A DNA stretch of 64,000 nt from Camelus dromedarius. Its lineage: Eukaryota. The stretch is from contig NC_087436.1 of the NCBI RefSeq assembly GCF_036321535.1, positions 100,938,001-101,002,000 of the forward strand, read 5' to 3'. The translations under genes and the position numbers were made by a program. Positions 49,331-61,631 of the stretch are shown here, one piece after another. Each line of letters begins with the position of its first letter. Positions within the stretch are counted from its first letter, which is position 1. The notes beneath the pieces are model-generated. The model worked only from the letters and a program-made list of their open reading frames with translations, searched no databases and was not told the origin of the DNA.

Positions 49331-51151
49331 GCTGACTTTCCTTTATTAAGTGCTCCTTAAAAATGTCTTGATCACAAATATGTCACTCAGCATATATTAT
49401 CACCTCTAACCTGCTATGTTAATGCAGAGTGGTGCTGAGGAAAGAGTTCAACATTATCTGTATGGGTTTAGAAAAACAACTTGTGTAGGCATGTGTCTCT
49501 GAGATACAAATGTCTAAATCGATAGACTGTAATTTTTGTGTAATTTAAATCACTATCTTTAAATATACACAGACTTTATCTTGATAAATGCCTCAGGATT
49601 TGGCCCGCCTTCCCCCTCAGCTTTCAGGATTTTACCTGATACATGAATATTTGAAATTTGCTACCCCTTACATTTGTATTTTCTAAATATAGACATAATC
49701 TAAACTCTAAATCTATTAAAACATATCTCCTATACTAAATGCATTTTGAAACGTCACAAAAGCTTCATCCAAGCTGGGATTGAAATTATTATGGACTAAG
49801 TATATAGCAAAAATCCTTTCCTTCCATATAACAAATTTTTACTAATGTTACTTATATAATTTTAAAAATAACTAATTAGAAAATGAAAAAACTATGATAT
49901 CAATTATGGAATTATAAAATAAATTTATTTTATCTTCCTCAAGCATTTGATTTTATTATATTTATCTTTAGCTGATATATTTTCCCGTAAAAATTACCTA
50001 CATGAAAATAATGTGTAAAGCTTTCAGAAGTAAAGTTGATTTTAATTGCTCTGGTATGAACAAAAAAAAAAAAAAGAAGAAAGAAAATATGCAGCATGTA
50101 TTTAAATCATCATGTTTAGAGTTCACTGATTTTATTGTTACATCTCTGTGGCAGTTAGTAGCCAATTTAGCTTTGTCCAATAGACAGGATAAATTAATAG
50201 TTTTCTAAGTCTAGTCAAACCATTTTCATTGCTGAAAAGAAGAAAGCAATTTAAATATTGCAATGGGGAGTATAATATGTTAAAAGATGGGTTTCATTTA
50301 AGGCCATGGATTATAACCTTTGGAAGAGTCTTTGAATCATTTTGTGCAAAACTGCAGCAGGCAAATTCTGACCCCTAAGCACCGCTCATCAATTACCTTA
50401 TAAGTAAGCTTTGTTAGCCCCCAATATTATACCAGCCAACATGAAACTGTGTCTAACCCACTATACTTTAAAAACAAGACTGAGTTTTTCCAGTTATCTG
50501 ACAAGGTGAAAAGATGTCACAAACTGCTGCTGTGCTCCTACTGGTTCTTGGGGAACCCACTTTCCAGTCTCAGAAGCATGTCCCAAGATAATCTCAAAAG
50601 GTCTGAGCAGGTGTGCTAAACTAACAAAATCTCTTGGAGAGGCAGAGAAGTACTTTGCCTCTTTCCTTTATTTGGCTTTGTTTCAAAGCCTTTTCTTTTT
50701 CATGAAAGTTCTACTCCTTCTATCCATGCTGACAAATGTGCTCACCCGCTGGAATTCACAGTCCCTTCTGATACTGCTGTGGTGCCAGTCATTAATCTAG
50801 CTGAGGGACGAAGCAAATTACTCCAAAGGCTGAGGAGTTCTCCCTAATTAGACCCACCTACAGACAATGAACAACTTAGTTTTCCTATGTTATCATGTGC
50901 TGGCCTTTGGCTATGAGTATTTGGGTGAGACAAAAACTATCTGGAGCTTTTATGAGACTTAAAATGATAAGTAGTACCAAAAGGAAAATGATGAAAAACA
51001 TTTAATTTTTTTGGTGTGAAATGGAGAGAAAAATGAAAGAAAGAAAGAAAGAGGTGGGGAGAGAGGGAGGGAGAGAAGAAGGAAGAAATATTTTATATAT
51101 AAATTTTATATATTTATGTATTACATTAAAGATAAACATAAGTATACACAC

Positions 51152-51626
51152 TGTGGTAGGCAGGATAGTGGATGCCCAAAGATGTCTGCATCCGAATCTC
51201 AGGAACCTTCGCACATTTTAGGTTAATGGCAAGGGGAGGCTTAAAGTGGCAGATCACTTGACCTTGAAATAGGAAGATTATCCTGGATTATCTAGATGGA
51301 CCTAACCATAGGGTCCTTATAAGTGGAAGAAGGAGGGAGGCAGAGAGAACTGGAGAGATGACAGTCTCAGAAGTATTTGTCCCATGTTGCTTTGAAGATG
51401 AAACAATGAGGTCACTAGCAAAAGAATGTGCGAAGAAAAGGCAAAAAAGGGATTCTACCCTAGAGCCTCCAAAAGGAATACAGCCTTCCTGATACTTTGA
51501 TTTTTGCCCAGTGAGCTCCACTCTGGACTTCTGATGTCCAGAACTGTAAGATAGTAAATTTGTCTTGTTTAAAGCCACTAAGTTTGTGTTAAAATTCATT
51601 AAAGCAGCAATAGAAAAGAAACATAC
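51152..51626 (+). mobile_element. MaLR solo LTR, MLT1D-like
   Basis: Begins tgtggtaggcaggatagtgg...ccaaagatgtc. Contains gattatcctggattatctagatggacct and gattctaccctagagcctcca. Ends gcagcaatagaaaagaaacataca. Confidence 0.9.
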
Positions 51627-51699
51627 ACATACATACACTTGCTTCATTGTTTATCTCTAAACTACAGAACTTCTCTTTTGTGTTGAAGGATAAACGCTA

Positions 51700-52035
51700 T
51701 CTACATCAATACCAATAGGAATATATAATTCAAATCATGTGTAAGCCACCATAAACATAGTTAAAAATATCCTTGTGACTATATTTAAAAAAAAAAGAAA
51801 CAAGTGACATTGACTCTAATGATGTGTTTTATTCAACCCAAAATATCTAAGATATTTTGGTATCAATATAGAATCAATATGGAATTATTAATGAGATGTT
51901 TTACATTCTTTTTATTTGTACTAAGCCTTCTAAATCTGATCTCTGTGTTACAGCACAACTCAATTTGGACTAGCCACGTAATAATCGCTCAATTGTCATA
52001 ACTGGCTAGTGGCTGCTGTATTGGGCGATACAAAT
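51700..52035. mobile_element. MER33-like hAT DNA transposon
   Basis: aaagaaacaagtga...ttttattcaacccaaaatatc...attaatgagatgttttacattc...cagcacaactcaatttggactagccac...ggctagtggctgctgtattgg. Confidence 0.8.
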
Positions 52036-54409
52036 CTAAATATTAAGATGCCTTAGTATTCTAAAGTCAATTTTGGGATGGCTTTGAATATATCTATGTG
52101 ATTAAAAAACTCTAATATTAATATTGTATCTGTTTTTAATAAAGAACAGTGATTTCTTTATATATTTCAAAGTGTACATACTTTGACTTCATCAAGACAT
52201 TGCACAAACAGTCCAAACATAAACACAAAAACGTAAATGTTAACAGGACCATCTCAACCTATGAACTGTTTTCAAATAACTAAGTAGCAATGTATGATAT
52301 TTACATATGTTTCACGCATTTAGGTGGGTATGTCCGAAAGCCGATCTTTGAGTCTCACACAAATTTGTTTTTTATCATCTTTCCCAATTTGAATTTCCTT
52401 TTACCTACTCTGTTTTCACTCTTAAAAGCTAGGAATCAAAGTTTTCTAGTGCAAAACAAGCTACAGTATAATGAGTTCACTTCTTTACATCTTTTCTGAA
52501 CAGCTGCTTATTCATATCACAGCGTAGCTGCTCCAAAGCTGTCACGGGTCATGGTGTCTGCTCAGATAAGAAGCTGAAATAGCCAGAGTATTGCACGTGA
52601 AAACACAGGTACATCAGACCATCATCTCCCAGGCTAGCTAAATTCTACAGATTTCCAATTGCTTATAATTTGCAATAATCTACATAAACTGCACAGTTTG
52701 TTCTTAACGAGATTTAAATAGACATTTTATGGAAAGATAATAAGTAAATGTAGCCTATGAGAATTGATAATTCTGAGAATTTTTATTTCAACCTAAGCGG
52801 GTAGTAGGATTTTTTCCCCGTTATGCTTGTTTTTCTAAATAGAGCTGATACTTCTACCAGAATTTTAAGTAAGTATACTGATGTTTGAAAATATCAACTA
52901 GGCAGTCAACACAGTCTTTTTCACTACCTATGTATAAATTCTATCCAAATAGCTACCAACCTAGCTTTTTTGTTTTTTAACTTTTCTAGTTTCCAGACTC
53001 ACACATTAGTGGGATGTTATAAACCATGAACATACACCTATACAGAGCCACCCTCTTCTAAACATTTGGTGGGCATCGTAGCAGTTTTGTTTTTCACTTT
53101 AATTTTATCCCAATCTTCTATTGAATTTACATTGAACTAAATCTTCCAAACTTAAACTTCTTTTTTTTAAGGGTCATCACTATTTGGCAAAAACCTTAAA
53201 TTGATGGTGTTCTTCAAAACTGTTAAAATATTTTCTTTCCTGTAAAAAATATAAAAAATAAACCTACAAATTCTTTTTCCTCTGACCTGGCTTTAATTTG
53301 CTTTTCTTATAAGGCTGTAAAAAAAACCTGAGACAGTATAGCTGATGCCCAGATGTGGGCATACTACTTTTTGACAATTGTCTAATACTTATGTTAGGAA
53401 CAGGCTTTCCTTACAATTAACAAAGTTTTATGCTTTATAATGATGTTATTCATCATCATTATTATCAGTCTCCATGTATCTTGCCACTCCAATGGTTCCT
53501 TCCCTCTCCATTTCCATTCAGTCTAGTTTATAGGTGCATTAGACTCACAGGCACATACCTCACTTTGGTAAGGGAAAACACTATAATCCGATTGCAAAGT
53601 ATGTGAACACTTTGTTACTTAGATTTACTTAAAAAAATAATGGCAAGTACAGTATCCACCCACAAAGGATCTCCTAATGGGAAATGCAGAAACTAGGGTC
53701 AGAAGCAGCATAGACTGGCACACAGTTCCACTCCTCCACCTTTACATTCAGCTGAAGTGACAGGAAGTGAACATCTTAGGAAGGGCAGTTTGATGCCTGG
53801 GGACTGTTTGCCAAAAAAAGAGTGGGATAATTGCCCTCACCGAGCCTTGACATTAATGATAGTAGTTGGGGGACTGAGGATGAAGAACTTACTATACGTA
53901 TTTTAGTGTTAGTCATTTTTTTTCCCATTACAGTTGGTAGTGTCAGGTCCTTCCCTTTCAGCTGATGTCATTTGTAAGATCATAGATTGAAGGCCTCTCA
54001 AATGACAAGAATCTTTCCCTAACTTTGGCTGTAATAAAGAAATTGGCCCCATCTGAAAACCAACAGGTACATGGCTCCACAGTTTCACTATTCAAGAGCA
54101 AAAGCTAGAAGCTCAATGATACTATTTTCAAGTGTTAAAAGAAGCATCTACTTTCCTTGGAATGATTCTTTTAACACTTGAAAATAGTACCATTTTCCCC
54201 GAAGTGTTTAAGATTCTTGTTATACTGAGATATTCTGCAAGATCACGCTATATCTTTGTGTAGTCAGTGGAGAAGAAAGTACTAAAACCCATCGGCACTG
54301 TCTGTGTTCAGCTGGGTTGGGGATTATCCATTATCAGCCCCATAAAAGAAACAAAGTTCATTCTGACACCTTTATTCATATGCAGCATTAGGAATGAGAC
54401 TGGCTGACA

Positions 54410-54645
54410 TGCTGACATTTACTGAAATAACACTATGAGAGAAGTACAATGCTCTGTGCTTTGTAGTACTAGCTCATTTAATCTCCACCACAATGCTACA
54501 ACATATGAAGCATTCTTACCTTAACCCATGGAGCAAATGAGGACTTAAGAAGCTCAGTTATTTGCTCAAGATCACTCAGCTGGTCACAGAACTAGAACTT
54601 AATCCCATGTCTTTTTGACTTCAAAGCCATGACCTTAACCATCAC
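54410..54645 (-). mobile_element. MIR SINE
   Basis: gctgacatttactga...ctcatttaatctccaccac...tttgctcaagatcactcagctgg...gacttcaaagcc...cttaaccat. Confidence 0.75.
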
Positions 54646-54996
54646 ACCAGGGAAGTGTTAAGGCAATGGCTAATTTCTGTAACAATTTTTATATATGTTT
54701 ATTGAAATTCCAGTAATAAAGAAAATTATATATATAATTAATATGTAAATTGTATATATACACGCATATACATATGTCTGTAATTCTAACTTGCAAGATA
54801 CATTTTAATTATATTCAGTGAAGGAGTAGTTGAAAACTACAGAAGCCAAGATAAGTTACATGAAATTAACAAAAGGAATAATGAACCTTCAAAAGAATGA
54901 TGGCCAGTTTAATTCTTTGGGGTCTACTTCAAAGGCTAAATTGAAAATAGTTTATCTTTGTCTTTTAAAATGAAATGAGAACTTGAGTATCCAAAT

Positions 54997-55090
54997 CTGT
55001 ACTGTGCAATATGGTAACCACTAGCCAAATGGGGCTATTGAAGTTTAAATGAAGAGTGAATAAAATTTTTAAAAATCAGTTCCTGTCACA
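54997..55090. mobile_element. MER3/MER33-family fragment
   Basis: ctgtactgtgcaatatggtaaccactagccaaatggggctattga...aatcagttcctgtcaca. Confidence 0.65.
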
Positions 55091-58000
55091 TGAGCACTGA
55101 TCTGAATGGAACTAAGGCCTGACAAAGCAATGCTTTTGTCAAGGATGTTCTACACTAGTTCTCTCCCCTTGTACAGTCTCCGTCCCCTTTCTCTCTCTCA
55201 CAACCCTGCACTCCAAATAAGATAGACCATTTGTCATTTCCACGTTATTTGTAAAGGATCCAGTGGACAAGTTGTCTGTTTACATGAAAATGAAGATTGG
55301 CAAAATAAGAACTGATATTAAGACTGGAGGGTGAGAAGTAGGACTCAGTTTCCTTTTAACATGAGCCAATGGTATATTTCAGGAGGTAAAATTTAAGACA
55401 TAACATTTCATTGGCGACTTCAGTGCTTCCAGGAAGAGGAAGAGTCTTCAAACAGACAGCTTTTTGAAAAGTATGACATCTGAATTAAAAGAACTAGTGT
55501 GAGGTGAGAAAGAGATGAAGAGATGAAGAAAGCAATGAACATTTACATCTATAAAACCTCTTTTTTAAAGTGAGAAAAATAGAATGCCTTCTGTCCTTAC
55601 TATATCCAACCCCTATTTTCTTCATTACATATGTAAAGAATTTTAGATAGTTTTTATACTCATTATGGAAACAAGAAGATGGAATTATTACACTTAACAA
55701 TTTCCATAATTAACTTTAAAGGAGTTTGCACTTTCAAAATAGGAGGTTGAGCAAGATGGTAATTTAGATTGTGAGCCCATTAAGAAATGGGCTCGCGTTA
55801 TGCTTTGCCCCATTTTCAGTCCTTGAAAACAGTTTCAGTGATAAAGACTAGTATCAGTGACATCATTATTTTTAGTAGCATTAATGATTTCCATAATCAC
55901 AATACCATTTACCAACTTCAGTAATAAGACTATTGGGTTTTATAAGTGGTTTGCTCAAGTCTATTCAATACCTATTTAATAAGGCTTTACCCATGGTAGA
56001 TTGACTTAAATTCTTTTAAAACTTCACATTGTATATAAAAGGACACATTTGTAAAAGAAATTTTGAAAAAGAAATTTGTGACTAATTCAAAAAAAGAAAA
56101 CTGGTTTTTTGGAGGCACTGATTAAAAAGTCAGAATCTTTTCTTTTTCTTCCACACATGGAGGTTAAGAATATTTATGTCAAAGCCATACCATTCTGGAA
56201 TTAAAGTTGTTATCATGTTGAAAAAATTTCTACACCATACATACACAAAATAATGTTTATATATATTATATATGTATACATTATATATGTATATGTAATA
56301 CATATAAACATTGTCCCACTTCTTTGAAGCTATTACTGTATACTTTTTTCCTCCCTAAATTCACAAATTGTGAATTTCCCCAAGTGGGGAATAGTCAAAT
56401 GCTTGATCTTATTTAATGACTACATTGCACAAAAAGTTCTATTACAATTTTAAAGAGAATCAACCAGTCAGTGTTCAGTATTTAATCCTTAATGTAATTA
56501 ATTTTATATATGATCCATCAGCCTATTAATCTCTATTCGTCAACATTCTAACCTAGTTAATCTCTGCCTTCTATATTCATATGCCACATACATTATTGAG
56601 AATCTTTTAAAAAAATCAGCAGTATGTGCATACCTTCTAAAACATTTTTTCTAGTCACATCTTGAGGAAAAACTTTTGATAATTTGATAAAGTAATGATT
56701 GATCCAAATCTCTCAATCTCTCTCCTCTTTTTTTAAATCAAAATTTTTTTTTTTTTTTTTTTTGGTCTGACGAGGGATAATATGCAGGAACTGTACATGG
56801 CCCTCATTCAATCATTAGCTACTCTTGTGTTTTACTTCCTTAGCTTGGTTGTGGATATCTAACACACTGGGTGGCCTCCAAAACATTGCTCAGAAGTGTG
56901 CTGTGCCTTTATAAGTACTGCTTATTCTTTTAGTACCTGCAGTTCCTTGGAATGGTGCGGCACCTGTAAAAGGTTAACGAGCATAGAGACTTTCAGGCAT
57001 AAAGCAAATTACAGACAGACAGACACAGGCATTTCATTGATAAACTGACAAGCGACATGCACGCTGCAGGCACACTACAGGTGGCAGTTATTACTGCTGC
57101 TCCCCCATTGGGAGTATCTTATAGATCATGGATAGACATATATATTTATTTTTCAATATGGTGAGATACCATTTTCAAATACTATTTTAAAAAGAGGGAA
57201 AAATTGTTTTTCAACACTTTTTAGGTATACTTAGCTTGAGTTGCAACAAGATATTTATATCATCCTTTTTGTTACAGGTCATTAGAAATCTCTTCAATGT
57301 CATCAAATAAATCAATTAAATAAATCTTTTTTTTTTAAAGGCTCATTCTTTCTTTTTTAAAAAGCCTGATCCACTGCCATCCAAAAAGTATTGAATTCAC
57401 AATTCAGCCACCTTGTCATCACTGTATTTGATAAACATCTTTACTGCTAAAAATAAATCATTGTCTAAATCATCTGCAAGAAATATTTTAAATAGATTCA
57501 AACCATCTGAGCTATTAAGTAAAGTGAGGACTTTCTGATGAACTCAAATTTTTATAAAGGACCAAGCTGTCAGGTTTCCTAAAAAATCCTAAATTATTTG
57601 TCTTCAAAATTGCATTCATGGCTCTATTAGAATCATCAAGCATTAATGTACATGCATTAATACTACCATCCTTGCAGAGGGCCTGCAGAGAAAGAGTTCT
57701 TCCATTCCCAGTTTCATTTTTTAAACAATCTCTTGCTATTTTTGTAGCACTCAACACTAATACAGAAGTAATCAAATTAGCATTAGCGGTTCATGTTGCA
57801 AACTTCAGTTTGTATTGCTACCACATCAAAGTGAAAATATTTGCATATCAAAAGTAAAAGAGGTGGGATTTAAATTAATTTCATGTCTTAAACAAAATTA
57901 AGTAGGCCTTGATGGTAAATTAAATGATAAATAGTTCACAAATACCAAAATTGAATATATTTATTTTTCTCTTTAAAAAATCCCAAGGCCTGTGTACTAA

Positions 58001-58726
58001 ATGTTAATGAAATATGAATATTAGAAAAAGAATGGAATATGACAGTGCATATGGAAAATGTTGGGTTTCTCATATTCTGAGAATTCTGTTTAACTTTCCT
58101 TCAGACTATCGTGTTTACAACTGTTTGTAACTCAGCGTATGTAGGTGGTAATTCTACCAATCATCTCTCTCTCTCTCACTCTAACATATTATAATATATT
58201 GAAACTAATTATCAGTATGTTACCATGGAGGGAAATGTAGCGGCTTTGATACACTTGTAGGCATAATCATGCCAAAACAATGTGATTTCCAAAAAAAAAA
58301 AAATGCATTCCTCCTTTTATCACATGCTATTTTTGTGCGTTCCCTCTGCTTATCACAATGATTAATGTTTTAATATTCTTTTCTTATGTGGTGATTCATA
58401 TGGCCAAACTGGGAGAAACACACAATTTTTATAAATGGATAGTTTCATGTAACCACCATGTCCGTGTGCTTCCCAGGGGATAGAAGCTGTTTTCAACTCT
58501 GCAAATTTGGCCTTTATAGTAATTTACATTTCTGCTTTAGCTCAGCCTCACCCTGACAGTGACCTAGTGAATGACCACCATTTGCAATATAATGCCCTCC
58601 CTAGACATTAAATATCCCCTCATGTACCTGGGCACATTATGTTCCTTTCTCTCTTGGTACACACTTCTGAACTGCCTGTTATGAGAACTATTCCCTAGGT
58701 CATGAGTATACAACTATGTACTGATA

Positions 58727-58736
58727 TTTTTTTTTT

Positions 58737-58799
<63 letters not shown>

Positions 58800-58804
58800 T
58801 TTTT
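58727..58804. repeat. T run plus (TTTA)n tetranucleotide microsatellite
   Basis: Seen directly. Confidence 0.97.
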
Positions 58805-60399
58805 GTATTCCAACTAACATTTAAACTAAAACATGTTCCTATGGTACTATCTTGCTTCAAGATATTTCTAAACTATAAAAGAATTAAGTATATTCAGACT
58901 ATTTTACCCTTTAATCTTATATGTGTATCTGGAAAAGAAAGAAAATGCTATTTTATGAGCCATTCTCATGATTTTAAACTACATAATTGGAGAAAGAAAA
59001 GTGACAAAATTTCCCAGAGATACTATAAATAGTATCCACCATATTTTATAGCCACTAAGTGGGCAGCATGGAACTAATCTAACATCCATTCTTGGAAACT
59101 TTTAAGGTATTAGTCAGGTGCCCTTACAGAAAAGGCATACCAGGAAGAGATAAACAAGAAAAATAAAGGATTTTCAAGTGGAAACTTGGGACAAAGTAGA
59201 TATAGTTTATTACCTTCACCTAATGTTTAAATGTCAAGGGATCTGGAAGTTAATTACATGATATTCCAGTAAAGTATGCTGGCACAAGGATGAGTATTAC
59301 ATACACTTATTAATTAAAGACTTCTTATCCTTGGATTAAGTTTTGTTGCTGTTGTTTTCTGTTTGCTTTTCCCTGTGAGTTGGAAAAGAGGAAGATTTTG
59401 GAGTCAGACAGAAGAATAACATTGAATAGCTTCTCCATCATAAAATCATAAAGGAAAGGACTAAGGGAAAAGTCACTCTCTCTAACTACAATCTATGAAA
59501 CTGTCATTTCCACGTAGGTGTGAATATCACAATGTGCTGTGGAATACTGTGCCCAAAGACAAAGATATTTTCAACTGCATTCTGAAGATACTAGAATACT
59601 TTTAAATTTTAGATAGGGGAAATTGAGTTGTACAAAGATCACCTTTGTCATTGTTCAACCATTTCTTCATAGTGAGATTATAGTCATTATTTTTTTGGCA
59701 GAGGAGCAAGTAAAATGGGAATTGTCTATACATTTCTCACAAGTTTTGCTTTGCAGATTTGATATAATATCTATATAACAGTGAATCATTTGATTATCTA
59801 AAGTGGAGATAGTGTTTTTTTGTTTGTTTGTTTGTATGCTTTAAGAAAGGCCCTTGTAACTACAGTCCCTCTTCATAGGAAATAATAATTTTCTTCTCAG
59901 AAATACATGAACTTAATTTTTTAAAAAGACAAAAAGTGACCTTTTGGGAAGACAGGACAGAGATCTGAATATTAATGTAATCAGTGGTTGTCATTTAGAA
60001 CACAAGGAGAAATCAGCTGCAGGCCAAAAGAAACTTCAACTTAGATGTTTACGACTCAATAGAAATTACTAGCAGAAGGAAAATTTCGAGTAAGAAAAAA
60101 AGTCTCTATTCGTGGATTAAACTTTCCCTGTTTTTAAGAAAGATTAAAAATACTCATCTCAAGACTCTAAACTAGTCCAGGTGGAAAGTAGGATGTTTTT
60201 CAAGATGATTCTCACATAGGATGAGGCTTTGATTCAAGAAGGTCACAGCAGTTAGTATATCCTTGGATTATGACATGTTGCATAGAAAACTATTGTAGTC
60301 TATTGCAGAATCAGAAAGTGGTAGCACATCTGTTTTGTTGATGTTGTTCCTTTAAAACTACAAAAATCTGAAGAAATAAAACTAGGTGAAAGGAGAGTG

Positions 60400-60530
60400 G
60401 AGGATTTAAGGTTATAGAGTTCAAATCTTCCTTTTACAGGTAACACTGGAGCGTAAAGGGACAGTGGTTTTCTCAAGGTCACACATTCTGCAGCAAAGCC
60501 AGGATTAAATCACAAGTTTACAAATTCCAA
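60400..60530 (-). mobile_element. MIR fragment
   Basis: ttttacaggtaacactggag...ttctcaaggtcacaca...gcaaagccaggatta. Confidence 0.55.
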
Positions 60531-60629
60531 GAATTGAGAGTTGTGCTTATTGAGAGTAAGTTGAAGGAAAATCAACTGAGAACTGATGAAGATCCAGTCT
60601 ATGGCAGATACCATGAGACATGCTTCATA

Positions 60630-60790
60630 GATAGTTTCTAATCTCACCCCAATCCAGTTCAGGAGGTTATGGATTTTACTAATGTTCCAAATGAGAATGC
60701 TGAATATCAGAAAGGCTAGGTCAATTGCCCAAGGTCACAAAGCTTGTAAGTTGATTGAATAGTTACCACTAAAATCCAAAGCATTCTCTT
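60630..60790 (-). mobile_element. MIR fragment
   Basis: caaatgagaatgctga...cagaaaggctaggtcaattgcccaaggtcacaaagcttgtaag. Confidence 0.65.
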
Positions 60791-61586
60791 CTGCCGTGTT
60801 CTTTCCATTTTCCATGTTAAAAGAACTAAAATTGAAAGCCTGTTCTATAACCAAACTAGCATAAAATAGTGTGTGTTGAGGTAATGAGGGTGGTGATTTA
60901 TAATGCTTCCTGAAGAAGGATCCAAATATAAATTCAGTAAATACTTAGCTCTGAGGGGAATTTCTCTTCACACATATTTATGTTCGTCATGGCTGGCTTT
61001 CTTTCTCTTTCTAATATGAGCATTTTGTTTGGATTTAACGTATCTTTGCCACATTCTTGGATTGTCTTTATTGCCTGTGGAGATTCTTCATTGCCTTAGA
61101 AAGTAGAAAACTTTCTTAGAAACTTAGAAAGTAGTTGCCTTTAGATGTGACTCATAAGGACCCACAAATAATTTTTAGAATTCCATACTGGCAGGCAATT
61201 TTCTCTTGGATACAAGTCTAACTATTAAGTTTTACTCTGACTGTATTCTTTCTCTGCGACACCAATTATCTAATATCGAAGATTCCAGAACCATGGCCTT
61301 TTAGACCTAGTTGAAAAGACCTATAACGTTTGTCAGTCCAACTCCCTTATGTTGATGCGTGAAAAAACTGAAGACCTGAGAAATAAAATTGGATGGAAAA
61401 AAATTACCAAGGAATAGAAGATTCATGACCAAATCTAGAATTTGTAACTAATGCTCTTTCCATACATTCTCACAACGGTAGTGGTAGACAAACATTCCCC
61501 TGGCGAACAGTCCCAGATGTTTAAAGATGAGAAATGAAGGCTGGCCTTTATCCAAGAAGGCCGTTTTGAAGTCTCTTCTGTTTCAG

Positions 61587-61631
61587 TGTAGCCTCCGGTT
61601 ATGATGCAAGAACTTATATTAAAACTAACCT
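61587..61631 (+). other. Candidate 45-nt symmetric exon
   Basis: Acceptor gtctcttctgtttcag and donor CT|gtgagt. Only one frame is open (VASGYDARTYIKTN). Confidence 0.22.

Noticed and set aside
51288..51647. 119-aa minus-strand ORF
   Set aside because: It lies antisense within an MLT1D-like LTR.
55120..55141. Small hairpin tgacaaagca-a-tgcttttgtca
   Set aside because: Too short for a pre-miRNA, and it matches no RNA family I recognise.
57515..57857. Overlapping 86-aa and 79-aa ORFs on opposite strands
   Set aside because: No recognisable protein and no clear exon boundaries. Lengths are within chance expectation.
61101..61142. Duplicated cttagaaagtag motif
   Set aside because: A small local slippage duplication with no sign of function.
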